A stretch of 64,000 nt of DNA from Planctomycetota bacterium (GCA_021818445.1 JAKAEB010000011.1:2269-66268), one strand, 5' to 3'. Counted from the first letter of the stretch, positions 48,660 to 60,101 are shown. Program-made: numbers and translations. The notes: a model not told the origin generated them from the sequence alone.

Positions 48660-50216
48660 GTGAAACAGGTATATCTTGAAACTTTTGGCTGCCAGATGAA
48701 CGTGCTCGACAGTGAGTTGGTCGAAGGGCAACTGCGTGCGCTGGGCTATCAGTTTGTATCCAAACCAGAGGCGGCCGACATCGTGCTGTACAACACATGC
48801 TCGGTGCGGCAAAAGTCGGAAGATAAGGTTCTATCACGATTGGGTTTAATGGGCATCCGAAAGCAAACCGACCCCAACCTGCTGGTGGGTGTCATCGGCT
48901 GCATGGCAGAGCGGGACGGCGGCGCGTTATTCAAACGCATGCCACAGGTAGACCTGCTTTGCGGGCCAAGCGAGCTCGACAGGCTGCCCACCCTGCTGGA
49001 AAATGTTTATAAGACGGGGCGTCAGCAGTCGGCTTTGGCGGGAAATACCTCGCGTCGCAGTGCGCTTGCGGCCGACCTGGACGATGACCACCTGGAGGCG
49101 TTGGATTTATCGCGATCATTTTCGCCGGAGAGAAATAAATATCAGGCTTACATCCGCATTGTGCGGGGTTGCAATAAGTTTTGCACCTATTGCGTGGTGC
49201 CTTACACGCGCGGGCCGGAGGTAAGCCGGTCGCCGGTGGCCATTTATGATGAGGCACGGCGCTGCATCGATGCCGGGGCGCGCGAAATAACACTGCTGGG
49301 GCAAACGGTTAATCACTATCGCCACATGCAGGCTCGCACATCAACACCCCAAGGGCCGGCGGAAAAGGCATTTACATTTGCAGATCTGCTGGCTTATCTG
49401 CATGAAAAACTTCCGGACCTGCCACGATTACGATTTATCACCAGTTATCCGGCAGATTTTGGCGATGACATATTGGACACCATGCAAGCCTGCCCGAGGA
49501 TTTGCCGCTATCTGCACATCCCGGCGCAGTCGGGATCAAACCGTATCCTGAAGCTAATGAATCGGGGATATACGGTTGAAGCATATTTCGACCTGCTGGA
49601 CAGAGCGCGGCAGCGAATGCCGGACATCGTACTTGCTGGAGATATGATCGTTGGCTTTCCGACGGAGACCGCCGAAGATCATGAACTTTCCCGGCAACTG
49701 ATTGAGCGGGCGCGATATAAGAATTGCTTCATATTTAAATATTCACCGCGGCCGGGAACTGTTGCCATCAAACGCCACCCGGACGATGTACCTGAAAGCG
49801 AAAAACGTCGACGAAATAATGATCTGCTGCACTTGCAGGATGAAATATCCGAGCAGCAAAATCGGGAACTGATCGGTCAGACGGTAGACGTGCTGTGCGA
49901 AGGCCCCAGTGGGTGGGATAAGTCGGCGGAGTCGGTCATTGCCGGCGAGCGGGGAGGCGAATCGGTTTATGCGCCGGTCGAATTGGGGCAAAAGCTCTCG
50001 GCGGCGCTGGCTCGAAGAGGCGGCACGGGAGGAAGCAGCACCGCCGATGATGAGACGGTGCAGCTTATGGGTAGAACCCGTGGGGATCAGATTGTGGTTT
50101 TTGACGGGCCGCTCGCGCTGGAGGGAACAATTGTTCCGGTTCAGGTGCGGGCCGCCCATGCGATGACCATATTCGCGTCAAGGGTTGAGGCCGAGGCGGC
50201 ATGTCCGGCCTGTTGA
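48660..50216 (+). CDS. miaB: tRNA-2-methylthio-N6-dimethylallyladenosine synthase
   Basis: TFGCQMN, NTCSVR, GCMA, CNKFCTYC, IVGFPTET, TRAM domain. Confidence 0.95.
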   Translation: MKQVYLETFGCQMNVLDSELVEGQLRALGYQFVSKPEAADIVLYNTCSVRQKSEDKVLSRLGLMGIRKQTDPNLLVGVIGCMAERDGGALFKRMPQVDLLCGPSELDRLPTLLENVYKTGRQQSALAGNTSRRSALAADLDDDHLEALDLSRSFSPERNKYQAYIRIVRGCNKFCTYCVVPYTRGPEVSRSPVAIYDEARRCIDAGAREITLLGQTVNHYRHMQARTSTPQGPAEKAFTFADLLAYLHEKLPDLPRLRFITSYPADFGDDILDTMQACPRICRYLHIPAQSGSNRILKLMNRGYTVEAYFDLLDRARQRMPDIVLAGDMIVGFPTETAEDHELSRQLIERARYKNCFIFKYSPRPGTVAIKRHPDDVPESEKRRRNNDLLHLQDEISEQQNRELIGQTVDVLCEGPSGWDKSAESVIAGERGGESVYAPVELGQKLSAALARRGGTGGSSTADDETVQLMGRTRGDQIVVFDGPLALEGTIVPVQVRAAHAMTIFASRVEAEAACPAC

Positions 50217-50452
50217 CTGGCGCAAAAGATGGCATGCCGTGGCCCGGATTGTTGCCCCGCGGGCGGTTTGACACGGGTTTGGGCGCCCCTTATGGGACGG
50301 GAGGGCTAATTGAATATTTACATTTTTCATTTGCAATTTGGGTATCTTTGTCGGTAGCATAGGGACAAGAATTGCTGACGGTTTACGGTTAAGACCATCT
50401 CATCGATAGAGCAGTGAACCGGGCAAGCTGGAATAACGGTAGGAGAGAGCCT

Positions 50453-51322
50453 ATGGCAGCCGATTCCGAACTTGGTATCTATCTGGAAGAGATTCGTAAG
50501 TTACCACTGCTGACTCCCGAGCGGGAGCGGCAGTTGGCCGACAGGATCATTGCCGGGGATAAGCATGCCCGCGATGAAATGATTCGGTGTAACCTGCGGC
50601 TGGTGGTGAGCGTTGCGCGACAATTTACGCATCGCGGTCTTTCGCTGGCGGATCTCATCGCTGAAGGAAATGTCGGATTGATACGCGCGGTGGAGATGTT
50701 TGATCCTAAATTCCAGACGCGATTCAGTACCTACGCCACCTGGTGGATACGCCAAGCCATTCGCAAGGCAATTTCCACGACGGCCCAGTCGATTCGCATT
50801 CCCACCTACATTCATGCCAAACTCGGCGAGATGAACGACGCGGCTGCTCGATTTAAGAATGGTAATGGGCGTGCGCCCAACAGCGGTGAACTGGCGACCG
50901 AGATGGGAACCACCAAGCGGCAAACAGCCTTGGTAGAACAGGCCCAACGGACACGCCGCGTGACTCTGCAGGCCAATGATCAATCAGGTGCAAAAACATC
51001 TGCACATGAAATTATTATTGATTCCAATTGCCAGCCGCCCGAATCACAAATGGAAACCGCCGAGGCGATATCCATGATTCGGCACTATGTAAAATATCTA
51101 ACTGAACGTGAGGCGTCGATAATGACGTGGCGACACGGGCTTGATGGCAATCCGCCGTGCACACTGGATCAGATTGCCAAACGCATTGCCCTCACAAGAG
51201 AGCGCGTGCGCCAGATTGAAAATCAGGCTATGGGGAAATTGCATCGCATGATGCACGATCGACAGTACATGGTGGAACAGCCCACCCACCGGGTGCGGGG
51301 TGCCATGCGGAAGATGGCTTAA
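50453..51322 (+). CDS. Sigma-70 family sigma factor (RpoD/RpoS-like alternative)
   Basis: YLEEI..PLLT, NLRLVV, DLIAEGN.GL, RFSTYATWWIRQ, TRERVRQIE. Confidence 0.93.
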   Translation: MAADSELGIYLEEIRKLPLLTPERERQLADRIIAGDKHARDEMIRCNLRLVVSVARQFTHRGLSLADLIAEGNVGLIRAVEMFDPKFQTRFSTYATWWIRQAIRKAISTTAQSIRIPTYIHAKLGEMNDAAARFKNGNGRAPNSGELATEMGTTKRQTALVEQAQRTRRVTLQANDQSGAKTSAHEIIIDSNCQPPESQMETAEAISMIRHYVKYLTEREASIMTWRHGLDGNPPCTLDQIAKRIALTRERVRQIENQAMGKLHRMMHDRQYMVEQPTHRVRGAMRKMA

Positions 51323-51366
51323 CGTTATTAAACAAAGGGTTAAGTGGGGGTCATTCTCAGCGGTGA

Positions 51367-53883
51367 TTAAACATTGCCGTCCAATAGTTCCAGCTTGGCA
51401 AACGCGAGTACAAGCGTTTTTCGGCCGACTTTTCGGAAGTCAATAACCGCCCGTGAATTGTCGCCATTTTCAAAGTAGTCTTCCACCCGCCCCACACCAA
51501 AAAGAGGGTGCCGCACCAGCATCCCCCGTCGAAACTTGTCATTCGAGGCGGTCGCGACATCACCAGATGGTTTTTTATCCATCGGCAAACCCTGCGGACG
51601 CTTGGGATAGTACTGAACATTATCACGATAACCGGGCGATCCCGCTGGTCGTGCCTGCCGAAAGGCATCAAACATCTCTATGCAGTCCTTGGGCAATTCA
51701 CTGACAAAGCGCGAGGGAGTGCGGCCTTCGCCAAAGCCGCGCGTCATCCGGCTCAGGGCACCAGTGAGAATCAGGCGTTTTTTGGCACGGGTCATGCCGA
51801 CAAATGCCAGGCGCCGTTCCTCTTCCATATCCGCATCATCGCGATTGGATTTGCCAAATGACCTGGACATCGGCAATGTGCCCTCTTCAAGACCGATCAT
51901 AATAACCAATGGGAATTCCAACCCTTTGGCGGCATGCAGCGTCATAAGGGTAACCGAACCACGCTCATCCTTTAGCTTATCAACATCCGACACCAATGTG
52001 ACCTGCTCCAGATATTCGCTCAGCGTGCCGTTGGGATTTTGCGTCGTGAACTCCGCGGCCACATTGATTAATTCCAGCAGGTTGTTGATGCGCTCCACTT
52101 CCTCGGCGTCGCGCTTGTCGTGGTCGATGAGTTTGAAAATTCGCAGCATACGGTCCATCAGTGCGGCCACGCCGCGCAGCGACTTGTTGGGTGCGGCGGA
52201 AGCATCCAGTTCCATGACGGCTTCATCAATGACCCCGGCGGCGTCGTGGGATTCATCGCCACTGCTTTGATGCGAATTAAATTCACCGTCAGCGGTGTTT
52301 GACGAAAAAAGCCGGTCCGTGCGGACATCATCGGCAAAATCAGGTACGGGCAGGTCGGCTTCGTCCACATGCCCGGCGACGGCGTCGGCCGGCCCACCAT
52401 CCGAAGATTTTTCCCCTGGCAAAGCCGCGGATGGCTTAAGTAGATGCAAATATTCCGATCGGCACAATTCCATGTGGTGGGCAAATACCCGGGCGGCATT
52501 GGCGGCTTTTTTGGTCAGCCCCTCGATCTCCTGCGCCCGGGCGCAGGCTTCAACCAGATTGATGCCCTTTTCCTGTGCCCAGAAAATCAGGCGGTCCATA
52601 CTCCCGGCCCCGATACCCCGCGTGGGGACATTGATGATGCGTTCAAAACTGACGCGGTCGGAAGGGTTGATCAGCAGCCGCAGATAGGCCAATGCGTCTT
52701 TAACCTCTTTACGGGCGTAAAATTCGGTACCGCGGACTATCTGGTATGGTATCGCGGCCTCCATCAGAGAATCTTCCAGCACGCGTGATAAGGAATTAAT
52801 ACGGTACAGGACTGCCATCTCATCCCAGCGTGTGTTATGCTGGTCAAACATTTCACGCAGTTGGCGGGCCACGTTGCGGGCCTCTTCGCGTTCGTCGGCA
52901 GAAAAGATTACCTTAATCCGCGCCCCCTGCTCATTATTGGTCCAGAGCGATTTGTTTTTTCTCTGAACGTTATTGGTAATCAGAGCGGATGCGGCCTTGA
53001 GGATCGTCTTGGTGCTGCGGTAGTTCTGCTCCAATCGAACAACCTTGGCATTAGGAAAATGCTGTTCAAAATCAAGTATGTTGCCCAAATTGGCCCCGCG
53101 CCAGCCATAGATGGATTGATCGGGGTCGCCGGTGGCGCAAATATTCTGATGTTTGAGCGCCAGCATATGGCAAATGACAAACTGTGCGTGATTGGTATCC
53201 TGATATTCATCAATTAAAATATATTGAAAGCGATCCTGCAGCCGCTCGCGAATTTCCAGGTTATCGCGCAGCAGCATGGCCATCCTCAGGAGCAGATCAT
53301 CAAAGTCCACCGCCTTGTTTTCTTTCATAAGTTGCTCGTAAGCAGCGAACGCCCGGGCGATATTGCGGGAAGCGAAGTCGGTATTATGGGCCGCAAATTG
53401 CTCGGCCTGCTGGAGGCGGTTTTTGCTTTTGCTGATGGCGGAAAGCAGCCGCGCCGGGGGCAATAGTTCAGCGCTGATGCCGGCCCTTTCCAGTGCCAAT
53501 TTGGCCATCTTGTTCTGGTCTGAACTATCCATGATGTTGAAATTGGGTTCCAGCCCGGCAAATGAGGCGTACTCGCGCAGCAGTTTGGCACACAGGCTGT
53601 GGAAGGTGGCCACCGTTACACCCGCGCGCTGGCGTCCGGGGAGAAAGGTCAGCAATTCACCGATGCGTTCGCGCATCTCCCCCGCCGCTTTGTTGGTAAA
53701 TGTGACCGCCAGGATATTGAACGGCGATATCCCAACCGATACCAGATACGCCACACGGCGCGTGATGGTGCGCGTCTTACCCGAACCGGCACCCGCGAGT
53801 ACCAACAGCGGGCCATCGACGTGGGTTACAGCTTCAATCTGCTCGGGGGTTAAATCTGCGAGAATATCCGTTGTGTCCGCCAT
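51367..53883 (-). CDS. pcrA: UvrD/PcrA superfamily 1 DNA helicase with acidic insertion
   Basis: AGAGSGKT, TFTNKAA, DEYQD, GDPDQSIYGWRGA, NYRS, TLHAAKGLEF, EERRLAFVGMTRA, C-terminal Tudor-like HPLFGVG. Confidence 0.95.
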   Translation of the reverse strand: MADTTDILADLTPEQIEAVTHVDGPLLVLAGAGSGKTRTITRRVAYLVSVGISPFNILAVTFTNKAAGEMRERIGELLTFLPGRQRAGVTVATFHSLCAKLLREYASFAGLEPNFNIMDSSDQNKMAKLALERAGISAELLPPARLLSAISKSKNRLQQAEQFAAHNTDFASRNIARAFAAYEQLMKENKAVDFDDLLLRMAMLLRDNLEIRERLQDRFQYILIDEYQDTNHAQFVICHMLALKHQNICATGDPDQSIYGWRGANLGNILDFEQHFPNAKVVRLEQNYRSTKTILKAASALITNNVQRKNKSLWTNNEQGARIKVIFSADEREEARNVARQLREMFDQHNTRWDEMAVLYRINSLSRVLEDSLMEAAIPYQIVRGTEFYARKEVKDALAYLRLLINPSDRVSFERIINVPTRGIGAGSMDRLIFWAQEKGINLVEACARAQEIEGLTKKAANAARVFAHHMELCRSEYLHLLKPSAALPGEKSSDGGPADAVAGHVDEADLPVPDFADDVRTDRLFSSNTADGEFNSHQSSGDESHDAAGVIDEAVMELDASAAPNKSLRGVAALMDRMLRIFKLIDHDKRDAEEVERINNLLELINVAAEFTTQNPNGTLSEYLEQVTLVSDVDKLKDERGSVTLMTLHAAKGLEFPLVIMIGLEEGTLPMSRSFGKSNRDDADMEEERRLAFVGMTRAKKRLILTGALSRMTRGFGEGRTPSRFVSELPKDCIEMFDAFRQARPAGSPGYRDNVQYYPKRPQGLPMDKKPSGDVATASNDKFRRGMLVRHPLFGVGRVEDYFENGDNSRAVIDFRKVGRKTLVLAFAKLELLDGNV

Positions 53884-54073
53884 TGAGTTTCCCGGTTAGC
53901 TCCGTCAAATTCCGAATACGGCAATATAACATTTTTTCGCCTGGAGCGTAGTGTGACATCATAGGGGCATACACCTTGGGCGGGGGGAGATCGCAGTTAC
54001 CCAAACCGCGCTTTGGCGATTGACAAGGTATACAATACGTCATGCACCCGCCGCCGACTGGAGACTACTCATC

Positions 54074-55489
54074 GTGGGAAACGCCATTCATTGGTTTCGC
54101 CGGGATTTGCGCATTTCTGACAACTCAGCTTTGCAACTTGCCGCCCGCCGGGGCGATGGTGTCGTTGGCGTATTTGTGATTGATGACCGTTGGTTTCCAG
54201 CCCATACCGGAAAAATGGGGGCATTTCAGGCCCAATTTTGGTTGGAAAGTCTGCGTGCATTGAGCGCGGAGTTAGAGAGGCATCACGTTCCATTGCGGAT
54301 TGTGCGATCGTCAGACCCGGTCAAGGCCGTGGTAGATTTAGCGCACAAAGTGGGTGCCACGCTGATTACCTTCAACAAAGATTACGACCCCGACCAACTG
54401 GCAATGGATCGGCGACTGGAGCGAACGGCGAAAACAAACGGCATCGAAGCGGTAGCGCTGAAAGACGCGGTGATATTTGAAGAATTTGAGGTGCTTACCG
54501 GTACCAATAGTACGTACACCGTATTTTCGCCCTACAAACGCGCCTGGCTGGCCAAATTTCAACCGGCTCACGCCGCCGTTTCTGGCCCGCCGCGAGTTTC
54601 ACGGCGGTACCCAATGGTTTCCGATCCGGTGCCCGCTGGCGAATCGCTGGGGTATCCAAAAGTTACATTGCCCGTGCCGATTGGTGAAGCGGGCGGCGCG
54701 GCCATGCTGGAGGAATTTGCGAAGCATCGAATTGGCTTTTACAAAAAAGACCGCGACTACCCTGCCCTTAATGGCGTTTCAAAATTGTCCAGCCATTTAA
54801 GCGCGGGCACCGTATCGATACGTCAATGCGTACGCGCGGCGATTGCACAGGGAGCTTTGCGAGGGTGCGGCGGTGCTGAACATTGGCTTTCCGAATTGAT
54901 CTGGCGCGAATTTTACAAGATGGTAATTTTTCATTTTCCGCATACCGTACGCTCGGCCTTTCAACAGAGGTATGACCATTTGCAATGGTCCAGCGCAGAG
55001 AATCTGGTCACTGCCTGGAAGCAAGCCCGCACCGGCTACCCCATTGTGGATGCAGCGATGCGGCAGCTTCAAACCACCGGCTTGATGCACAACCGTTTGC
55101 GGATGATCGCAGCGATGTTTCTCACCAAAGACCTTGATACGGACTGGCGCATCGGGGAGCGGCATTTCATGCAAGCTCTTATGGATTACGATCAAGCCAG
55201 TAACGTGGGTGGGTGGCAATGGAGTGCCGGAACGGGCACCGACGCGGCCCCTTACTTTCGAATTATGAATCCGATTCTCCAAGGGCAGCGATACGACCCG
55301 GATGGAGTTTTTGTTAAATCGATGTTGCCGGAACTTTCAAACGTTCCCGCCAAGTTTGTACATGAACCCTGGATGATGCCATCCGAACTGCAGCGCGAAT
55401 ACCGATGCATCATTGGAAGCGACTACCCAGCCCCCATCGTAGACCATAACGAGGCACGTGAGGCAGCGATCAAGAAATTTCAGATGTGA
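54074..55489 (+). CDS. phrB: Deoxyribodipyrimidine photolyase (class I CPD)
   Basis: WFRRDLRISDN, SKLS.HL, ELIWREFY, TGYPIVDA, MHNRLRM, NVGGWQW, PYFRIMNP. Confidence 0.94.
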   Translation: MGNAIHWFRRDLRISDNSALQLAARRGDGVVGVFVIDDRWFPAHTGKMGAFQAQFWLESLRALSAELERHHVPLRIVRSSDPVKAVVDLAHKVGATLITFNKDYDPDQLAMDRRLERTAKTNGIEAVALKDAVIFEEFEVLTGTNSTYTVFSPYKRAWLAKFQPAHAAVSGPPRVSRRYPMVSDPVPAGESLGYPKVTLPVPIGEAGGAAMLEEFAKHRIGFYKKDRDYPALNGVSKLSSHLSAGTVSIRQCVRAAIAQGALRGCGGAEHWLSELIWREFYKMVIFHFPHTVRSAFQQRYDHLQWSSAENLVTAWKQARTGYPIVDAAMRQLQTTGLMHNRLRMIAAMFLTKDLDTDWRIGERHFMQALMDYDQASNVGGWQWSAGTGTDAAPYFRIMNPILQGQRYDPDGVFVKSMLPELSNVPAKFVHEPWMMPSELQREYRCIIGSDYPAPIVDHNEAREAAIKKFQM

Positions 55490-55508
55490 CCGGCGGCAAA
55501 ACATATTC

Positions 55509-55537
55509 CTTAAACATAATGTCCGATTATGATCGAT
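55509..55537 (-). other. dif-like (XerC/XerD) site candidate
   Basis: Minus strand ATCGATCATAA-TCGGACA-TTATGTTTAAG versus dif GGTGCGCATAA-N6-TTATGTTAAAT. Confidence 0.4.
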
Positions 55538-55710
55538 AGGGGCAGATTACTGCAGCGGTGACCCGCCTCAGCCCCATACGATTACCACACCAGTGACCCT
55601 CACAGCCACGGTTTAAACTGGGCGCGCAGGTTGCACGCGCAAAAGCAACCAGCCGGGGTGCGGAGGCGTTTTTACCCGGAAGATCAATCCGCCGGTGTCG
55701 CTACCGTGTG

Positions 55711-55905
55711 TTACTTATGGTCCGGGTCGTCTTCGTCGGTGGGATCAAGTGGGCGCGACGTCAGATAGCTGCCATCCATCCAGCGGCCGAGGTCAACAAG
55801 GCGGCATCTCTGGCTGCAAAATGGAAACGCCTGATCATCCAGCGGGGCCGCCGGCTTTTTGCAAATCGGGCATCGAGGTGAATTGAAAGCTGATGGGGCA
55901 TCCAT
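55711..55905 (-). CDS. yacG: DNA gyrase inhibitor YacG
   Basis: CPIC..FPFCSQRCRLVDLGRW. Confidence 0.92.
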   Translation of the reverse strand: MDAPSAFNSPRCPICKKPAAPLDDQAFPFCSQRCRLVDLGRWMDGSYLTSRPLDPTDEDDPDHK

Positions 55906-55913
55906 GGATCAAC

Positions 55914-56279
55914 TCACGATCTGTTCTTGCCAGTCTTTTTCGAGGTGGCCGGTTTGGATTCGGCCGCCGGTGCCGGGGTTGATGCCGCCGGGGTTTTTGT
56001 TGCAGATTCCGATGTGGCTGGGGCTTTGGCATCGCCGGCGGGTTTGGCGGCGTCGCCGGTCGAGGATTCATTTTTAGCCGCCGCCTTATAACTATCCGAC
56101 CGGTAGTCGGTTTCATAAAACCCGCTGCCTTTGAAAATGACTCCGGCACCGGCGGAAATCAGCCGCCGGGCGGAATTTTTTCCGCAATTGGGACACTTTT
56201 TGAGCGGCTTGGCGGTGATGGATTGAAACGCTTCAAATTTTTCACCGCACGCGGAGCACTGATATTCATAGGTTGGCAT
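55914..56279 (-). CDS. FmdB family zinc-ribbon protein
   Basis: MPTYEYQC..C, CP.CG, FKGSGFYETDY. Confidence 0.92.
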   Translation of the reverse strand: MPTYEYQCSACGEKFEAFQSITAKPLKKCPNCGKNSARRLISAGAGVIFKGSGFYETDYRSDSYKAAAKNESSTGDAAKPAGDAKAPATSESATKTPAASTPAPAAESKPATSKKTGKNRS

Positions 56280-56315
56280 AATATAAAATTCCTAATCTTC
56301 GGTACCGGCCGTCTT

Positions 56316-56861
56316 TCACGACGCCGCAGACACCTTGACTTTAGCCGACCGAAGCAACCGGTCGCCGCAGCGGTATCCCCTTTGCAATGTCTGGAGGACA
56401 GTTGATGGTGGAACCTTATCAGATGGCTCGGTCGAAATCGCTTCATGTCGGAACGGATCGAAGGGCTTGCCGGTGGGGTCAAACGATTCAATGCCGCGCT
56501 TCTGCAAAATTTTTATCAGTTCGTCGTAAGTTATCTTGACACCATCGAGAATGCTCTTGGCATCCACCTGCCGCGGATCAACGGTGAGTGCCATTTCAAA
56601 ATGATCCAGCACGGAAAGGAGCGTTTTGGCGAAATCCGCCTCGGCGGCCTGCCGCGCTTCAAGCAGTTCCTTGGCGGACCGACGCCGGAGATTTTCATAA
56701 TCAGCCTGCCAGCGGGCAAGCGTGGAGCGTAGTTCATTAATTTCGCGCTGCGGGCTGCCCTCACCGGCTGGATCGGCTGGGGCCGATGCCTCATTCGGCG
56801 GGCCATCCGCTGATGGCCTGTCTTGATTTTCGTCAGATTGTTGCGATTCTTTGTGTTTCAT
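56316..56861 (-). CDS. grpE: Nucleotide exchange factor GrpE
   Basis: ADYENLRRR, FDPFRHEA, GY...DRLLR.AKV.V. Confidence 0.95.
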   Translation of the reverse strand: MKHKESQQSDENQDRPSADGPPNEASAPADPAGEGSPQREINELRSTLARWQADYENLRRRSAKELLEARQAAEADFAKTLLSVLDHFEMALTVDPRQVDAKSILDGVKITYDELIKILQKRGIESFDPTGKPFDPFRHEAISTEPSDKVPPSTVLQTLQRGYRCGDRLLRSAKVKVSAAS

Positions 56862-56886
56862 TTTTTCACCCCTGATGCTCTGAACT

Positions 56887-58038
56887 TTAAGACTTTGTCT
56901 CTGATGCTGATGCGTGGTCACCAACTACGTAGTCGCGCATCTTTTCAAAGAAATTTTTACGGGCTGGTAAAACCGCCTCATCTTCAACCTGTGCGTATTG
57001 CCGCAGCAATTGTTCCTGCGTCTTACCCAGTTTGCGAGGAATTTCCACCACAATTCGGGCGACGATATCACCCGTTCGGCCGCCATGGACGTCCGGCAGA
57101 CCGAGCCCCTTGGCGCGGATCAACTCGCCGGGTTGGGTGCCGGGGGGCACGTGCAAAGTGGTTTTTCCAGTCAGGGTGGGCAGTTCCACCTCTGCGCCGA
57201 GGGCCGCCTGCACCATGCTGATGGGCAGATCCAGATAGAGATGATTTTTATCGCGCTGGAAGAATGAATGTTCCGCTACGCGAACATAGACGTGCAGATC
57301 GCCATGCGGTCCACCTTCATTGCCAGGCTCCCCTTCGCCGCGCACTCGCACCGCCTGCCCATCGTGAATGCCAGCGGGGATTTTGACCGATATTTTACGG
57401 TTCAGCAGTGTTTGGCCGCTACCATGGCAGTCGGGGCATGGCTTTTCAATGGTCGCCCCCTGGCCATTACACTTAGGGCAATCGGTCACCATCGAAAATA
57501 TGCCACCAAAGCCGCGCTGCACCACTTGCCCCCGTCCACCGCAAGTGGTGCATATTTTTTTCTTCGTGCCGGGTTTAGCACCCGATCCTTTGCAGGTTTC
57601 GCAGTGGTCATGGCGGGTAAACTCGACATCTTTCTCCACGCCGGACTGCACTTCCTTAAGCGTGATGGAAACCTGCGTTTCGAGGTCGTAGCCACGACTG
57701 GGCCCCTCGCGCCGTCCCCCACCCCCGCCGGCTACACCGCTGAAAATGTCGTTGAACATCGAGAAGATGTCGGTGTACTGCATGTGCGAATAATCATGCA
57801 CGGCAGCACCCTGAAGCCCATCATGGCCGTATTGATCGTAGCGTGATCGTTTTTCAGGATCTGACAGCACCTCGTAGGCTTCAGCGCACTCTTTAAAACG
57901 CACTTCAGCTTCAGCGTTGCCCGGATTACGATCGGGGTGGTGTGCGATGGCGGCTTTGCGATACGCACTTTTTATTTCATCCACGCTGGCACTGCGGGAG
58001 ACCTGCAGGATTTCGTAGTAATCTCGTTTGGTTGGCAT
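56887..58038 (-). CDS. dnaJ: Chaperone DnaJ
   Basis: DYYEIL, HPD, four CxxCxGxG repeats, GDLHV. Confidence 0.97.
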   Translation of the reverse strand: MPTKRDYYEILQVSRSASVDEIKSAYRKAAIAHHPDRNPGNAEAEVRFKECAEAYEVLSDPEKRSRYDQYGHDGLQGAAVHDYSHMQYTDIFSMFNDIFSGVAGGGGGRREGPSRGYDLETQVSITLKEVQSGVEKDVEFTRHDHCETCKGSGAKPGTKKKICTTCGGRGQVVQRGFGGIFSMVTDCPKCNGQGATIEKPCPDCHGSGQTLLNRKISVKIPAGIHDGQAVRVRGEGEPGNEGGPHGDLHVYVRVAEHSFFQRDKNHLYLDLPISMVQAALGAEVELPTLTGKTTLHVPPGTQPGELIRAKGLGLPDVHGGRTGDIVARIVVEIPRKLGKTQEQLLRQYAQVEDEAVLPARKNFFEKMRDYVVGDHASASETKS

Positions 58039-58054
58039 AAGCATTCCTGCCGGC

Positions 58055-58089
58055 AAAAAAAAAGCCCGAGCCTTCATCCGGCCTCGGGC
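58055..58089 (-). terminator. Intrinsic terminator between groEL and dnaJ
   Basis: GCCCGAGGCC-GGATGAA-GGCTCGGGC followed by T9. Confidence 0.8.
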
Positions 58090-58149
58090 CATGGAACTCT
58101 CCCTTATAATACGGCGGGATGAGGAGAGATAAAGCCGGTTGGCCGCTGA

Positions 58150-59763
58150 TCAGCGAACGGCACCGGGTATATTCTCCGCATCTTCCTTGACATCCGTAAC
58201 TAAAACATCGGTTGTGAGAAGCAAACCGGAAACCGATGCCGCATTTTGCAGCGCGGTACGATTTACCTTGGCCGGGTCAACGACGCCCATTTTGAACATG
58301 TCGCCGTACTTACCGGTAGCCGCGTCGTAGCCGTAGGAACCTTCTTTCTCCAGAATGGCTTCGACGACCACACTTCCATCCTCACCGGCGTTTTCGCTGA
58401 TCTGACGGGTGGGTGCCTTGAGGGCTTCAATGATGATATCGAAGCCAACTTTTTCATCCCCGCGCGCCTTGGACTTGGCATTTTCTACCGCGGCAATGGC
58501 CCGCAGGAACGCCACGCCACCACCGGGTACGATCCCTTCCTGGGCCGCAGCGCGGGTGGCGTGCAAGGCATCATCAACGCGGAATTTGCGTTCCTTCATG
58601 TTGGTCTCGGTTGCACCGCCAACTCGCAGGACCGCCACGCCACCGGTGAGTTTGGCCAGGCGTTCCTGAAGTTTTTCGCGGTCGTAATCGCTGGTGGTCT
58701 TCTCAATCTGCATGCGTATCTGGGCGATGCGGGCTTCAATATCCTTTTTCTTGCCAGCACCTTCCACGATCGTGGTGTTGTCTTTGTCGACCACAATTCG
58801 TTTGGCACGGCCCAGTTCATCAAGCTCGATCGCGTCGATTTTTGTGCCCAAATCTTCAGAGAAGAATTTGCCACCGGTCACTACCGCCAAGTCGCCCATG
58901 ATGGCCTTACGGCGATCACCAAATCCGGGGGCCTTTACCGAACACACCTTCAAGATGCCACGCAGCCGATTGACCACCAGTGTGGCGAGCGCTTCTGATT
59001 CCACATCCTCCGCCACAATCAGCAATGGCTTACCAGCAGTGGCGATTTTATTGAGCAGCGGCAGGATTTCGCTGATGGTTGAGATTTTTTTCTCAAACAG
59101 GAAGACGTAAGCGTCCTCGAGAATGCACTCCAGCGTGCCGGGGTTGGTCATGAAGTAGGGTGACTGGTAACCTTTGTCAAAGGACATACCTTCCACAAGG
59201 TCCATGGTGGTTTCAATGCCTTTGCCCTCTTCAATCGTCACCACGCCGTCACGCCCAACCCGATCTATCGCATCGGCAATCAGGTTGCCGATCGACGCAT
59301 CCGAATTAGCGGAAATGGTGGCCACCTTGCAGAGGTCGTCACGACCGGAAACCTTCCGCGACATTTCAGCAATGGCGTCGGTAGCGACGGCCACGGCTTT
59401 ATCGATGCCGCGTTTGACCACTACCGGGTTCATGCCGGAAGTAAGGTGCCGGAGTCCTGCACTAAAAATCGCCTCCGCGAGTACGGTGGCCGTGGTGGTG
59501 CCGTCGCCCGCGATATCATTGGTTTTATTGGCGACCTCATTGACGAGCTTGGCACCCATATTTTCAAACGGGTCGGGCAGTTCCACTTCCTTGGCGACAG
59601 TCACGCCGTCGCGTGTAATCTGGGGCGACCCCCAGCTTTTAGATAGCACCACATTCCGGCCGGAAGGCCCCAGCGTAACTTTAACGGCCGAAGCCAACTT
59701 GGTCAGCCCGTCAAATACCTTATTACGGGCGGCCATATCAAACATGAGTTGCTTTGCTGCCAT
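58150..59763 (-). CDS. groL: Chaperonin GroEL paralog without GGM tail
   Basis: [35 protein letters not shown]. Confidence 0.97.
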   Translation of the reverse strand: MAAKQLMFDMAARNKVFDGLTKLASAVKVTLGPSGRNVVLSKSWGSPQITRDGVTVAKEVELPDPFENMGAKLVNEVANKTNDIAGDGTTTATVLAEAIFSAGLRHLTSGMNPVVVKRGIDKAVAVATDAIAEMSRKVSGRDDLCKVATISANSDASIGNLIADAIDRVGRDGVVTIEEGKGIETTMDLVEGMSFDKGYQSPYFMTNPGTLECILEDAYVFLFEKKISTISEILPLLNKIATAGKPLLIVAEDVESEALATLVVNRLRGILKVCSVKAPGFGDRRKAIMGDLAVVTGGKFFSEDLGTKIDAIELDELGRAKRIVVDKDNTTIVEGAGKKKDIEARIAQIRMQIEKTTSDYDREKLQERLAKLTGGVAVLRVGGATETNMKERKFRVDDALHATRAAAQEGIVPGGGVAFLRAIAAVENAKSKARGDEKVGFDIIIEALKAPTRQISENAGEDGSVVVEAILEKEGSYGYDAATGKYGDMFKMGVVDPAKVNRTALQNAASVSGLLLTTDVLVTDVKEDAENIPGAVR

Positions 59764-59810
59764 GATAATCCCCTAAACTACTGATTTAAAATTAAATTCC
59801 ACATGACGCA

Positions 59811-60101
59811 TTACCGCGTCACGACACCAAGAAGTTCACTCTCTTCCAGGATGACATACTTCTGGTCATCAATCTTGATTTCAGTTCCGGCATATTGGCC
59901 ATAGTAAACTTCATCGCCGATCGATACCGAAGGCGGAACCCGCTTGCCGCTGTCGAGCAACTTTCCGGGCCCGATGTGCAGCACCTTTCCGCGCGTCTGC
60001 TTTTCCTTGGCGCTTTCCGGCAACACGATGCCGCCGCTGGTGGTGCTCTCCGCTTCTGCGGGCTTGACGACAATTCGATCTTCCAAAGGTTTAATCTTCA
60101 T
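59811..60101 (-). CDS. groS: Co-chaperonin GroES
   Basis: IKPLEDRIVV, GGIVLP, YAGTEI. Confidence 0.97.
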   Translation of the reverse strand: MKIKPLEDRIVVKPAEAESTTSGGIVLPESAKEKQTRGKVLHIGPGKLLDSGKRVPPSVSIGDEVYYGQYAGTEIKIDDQKYVILEESELLGVVTR

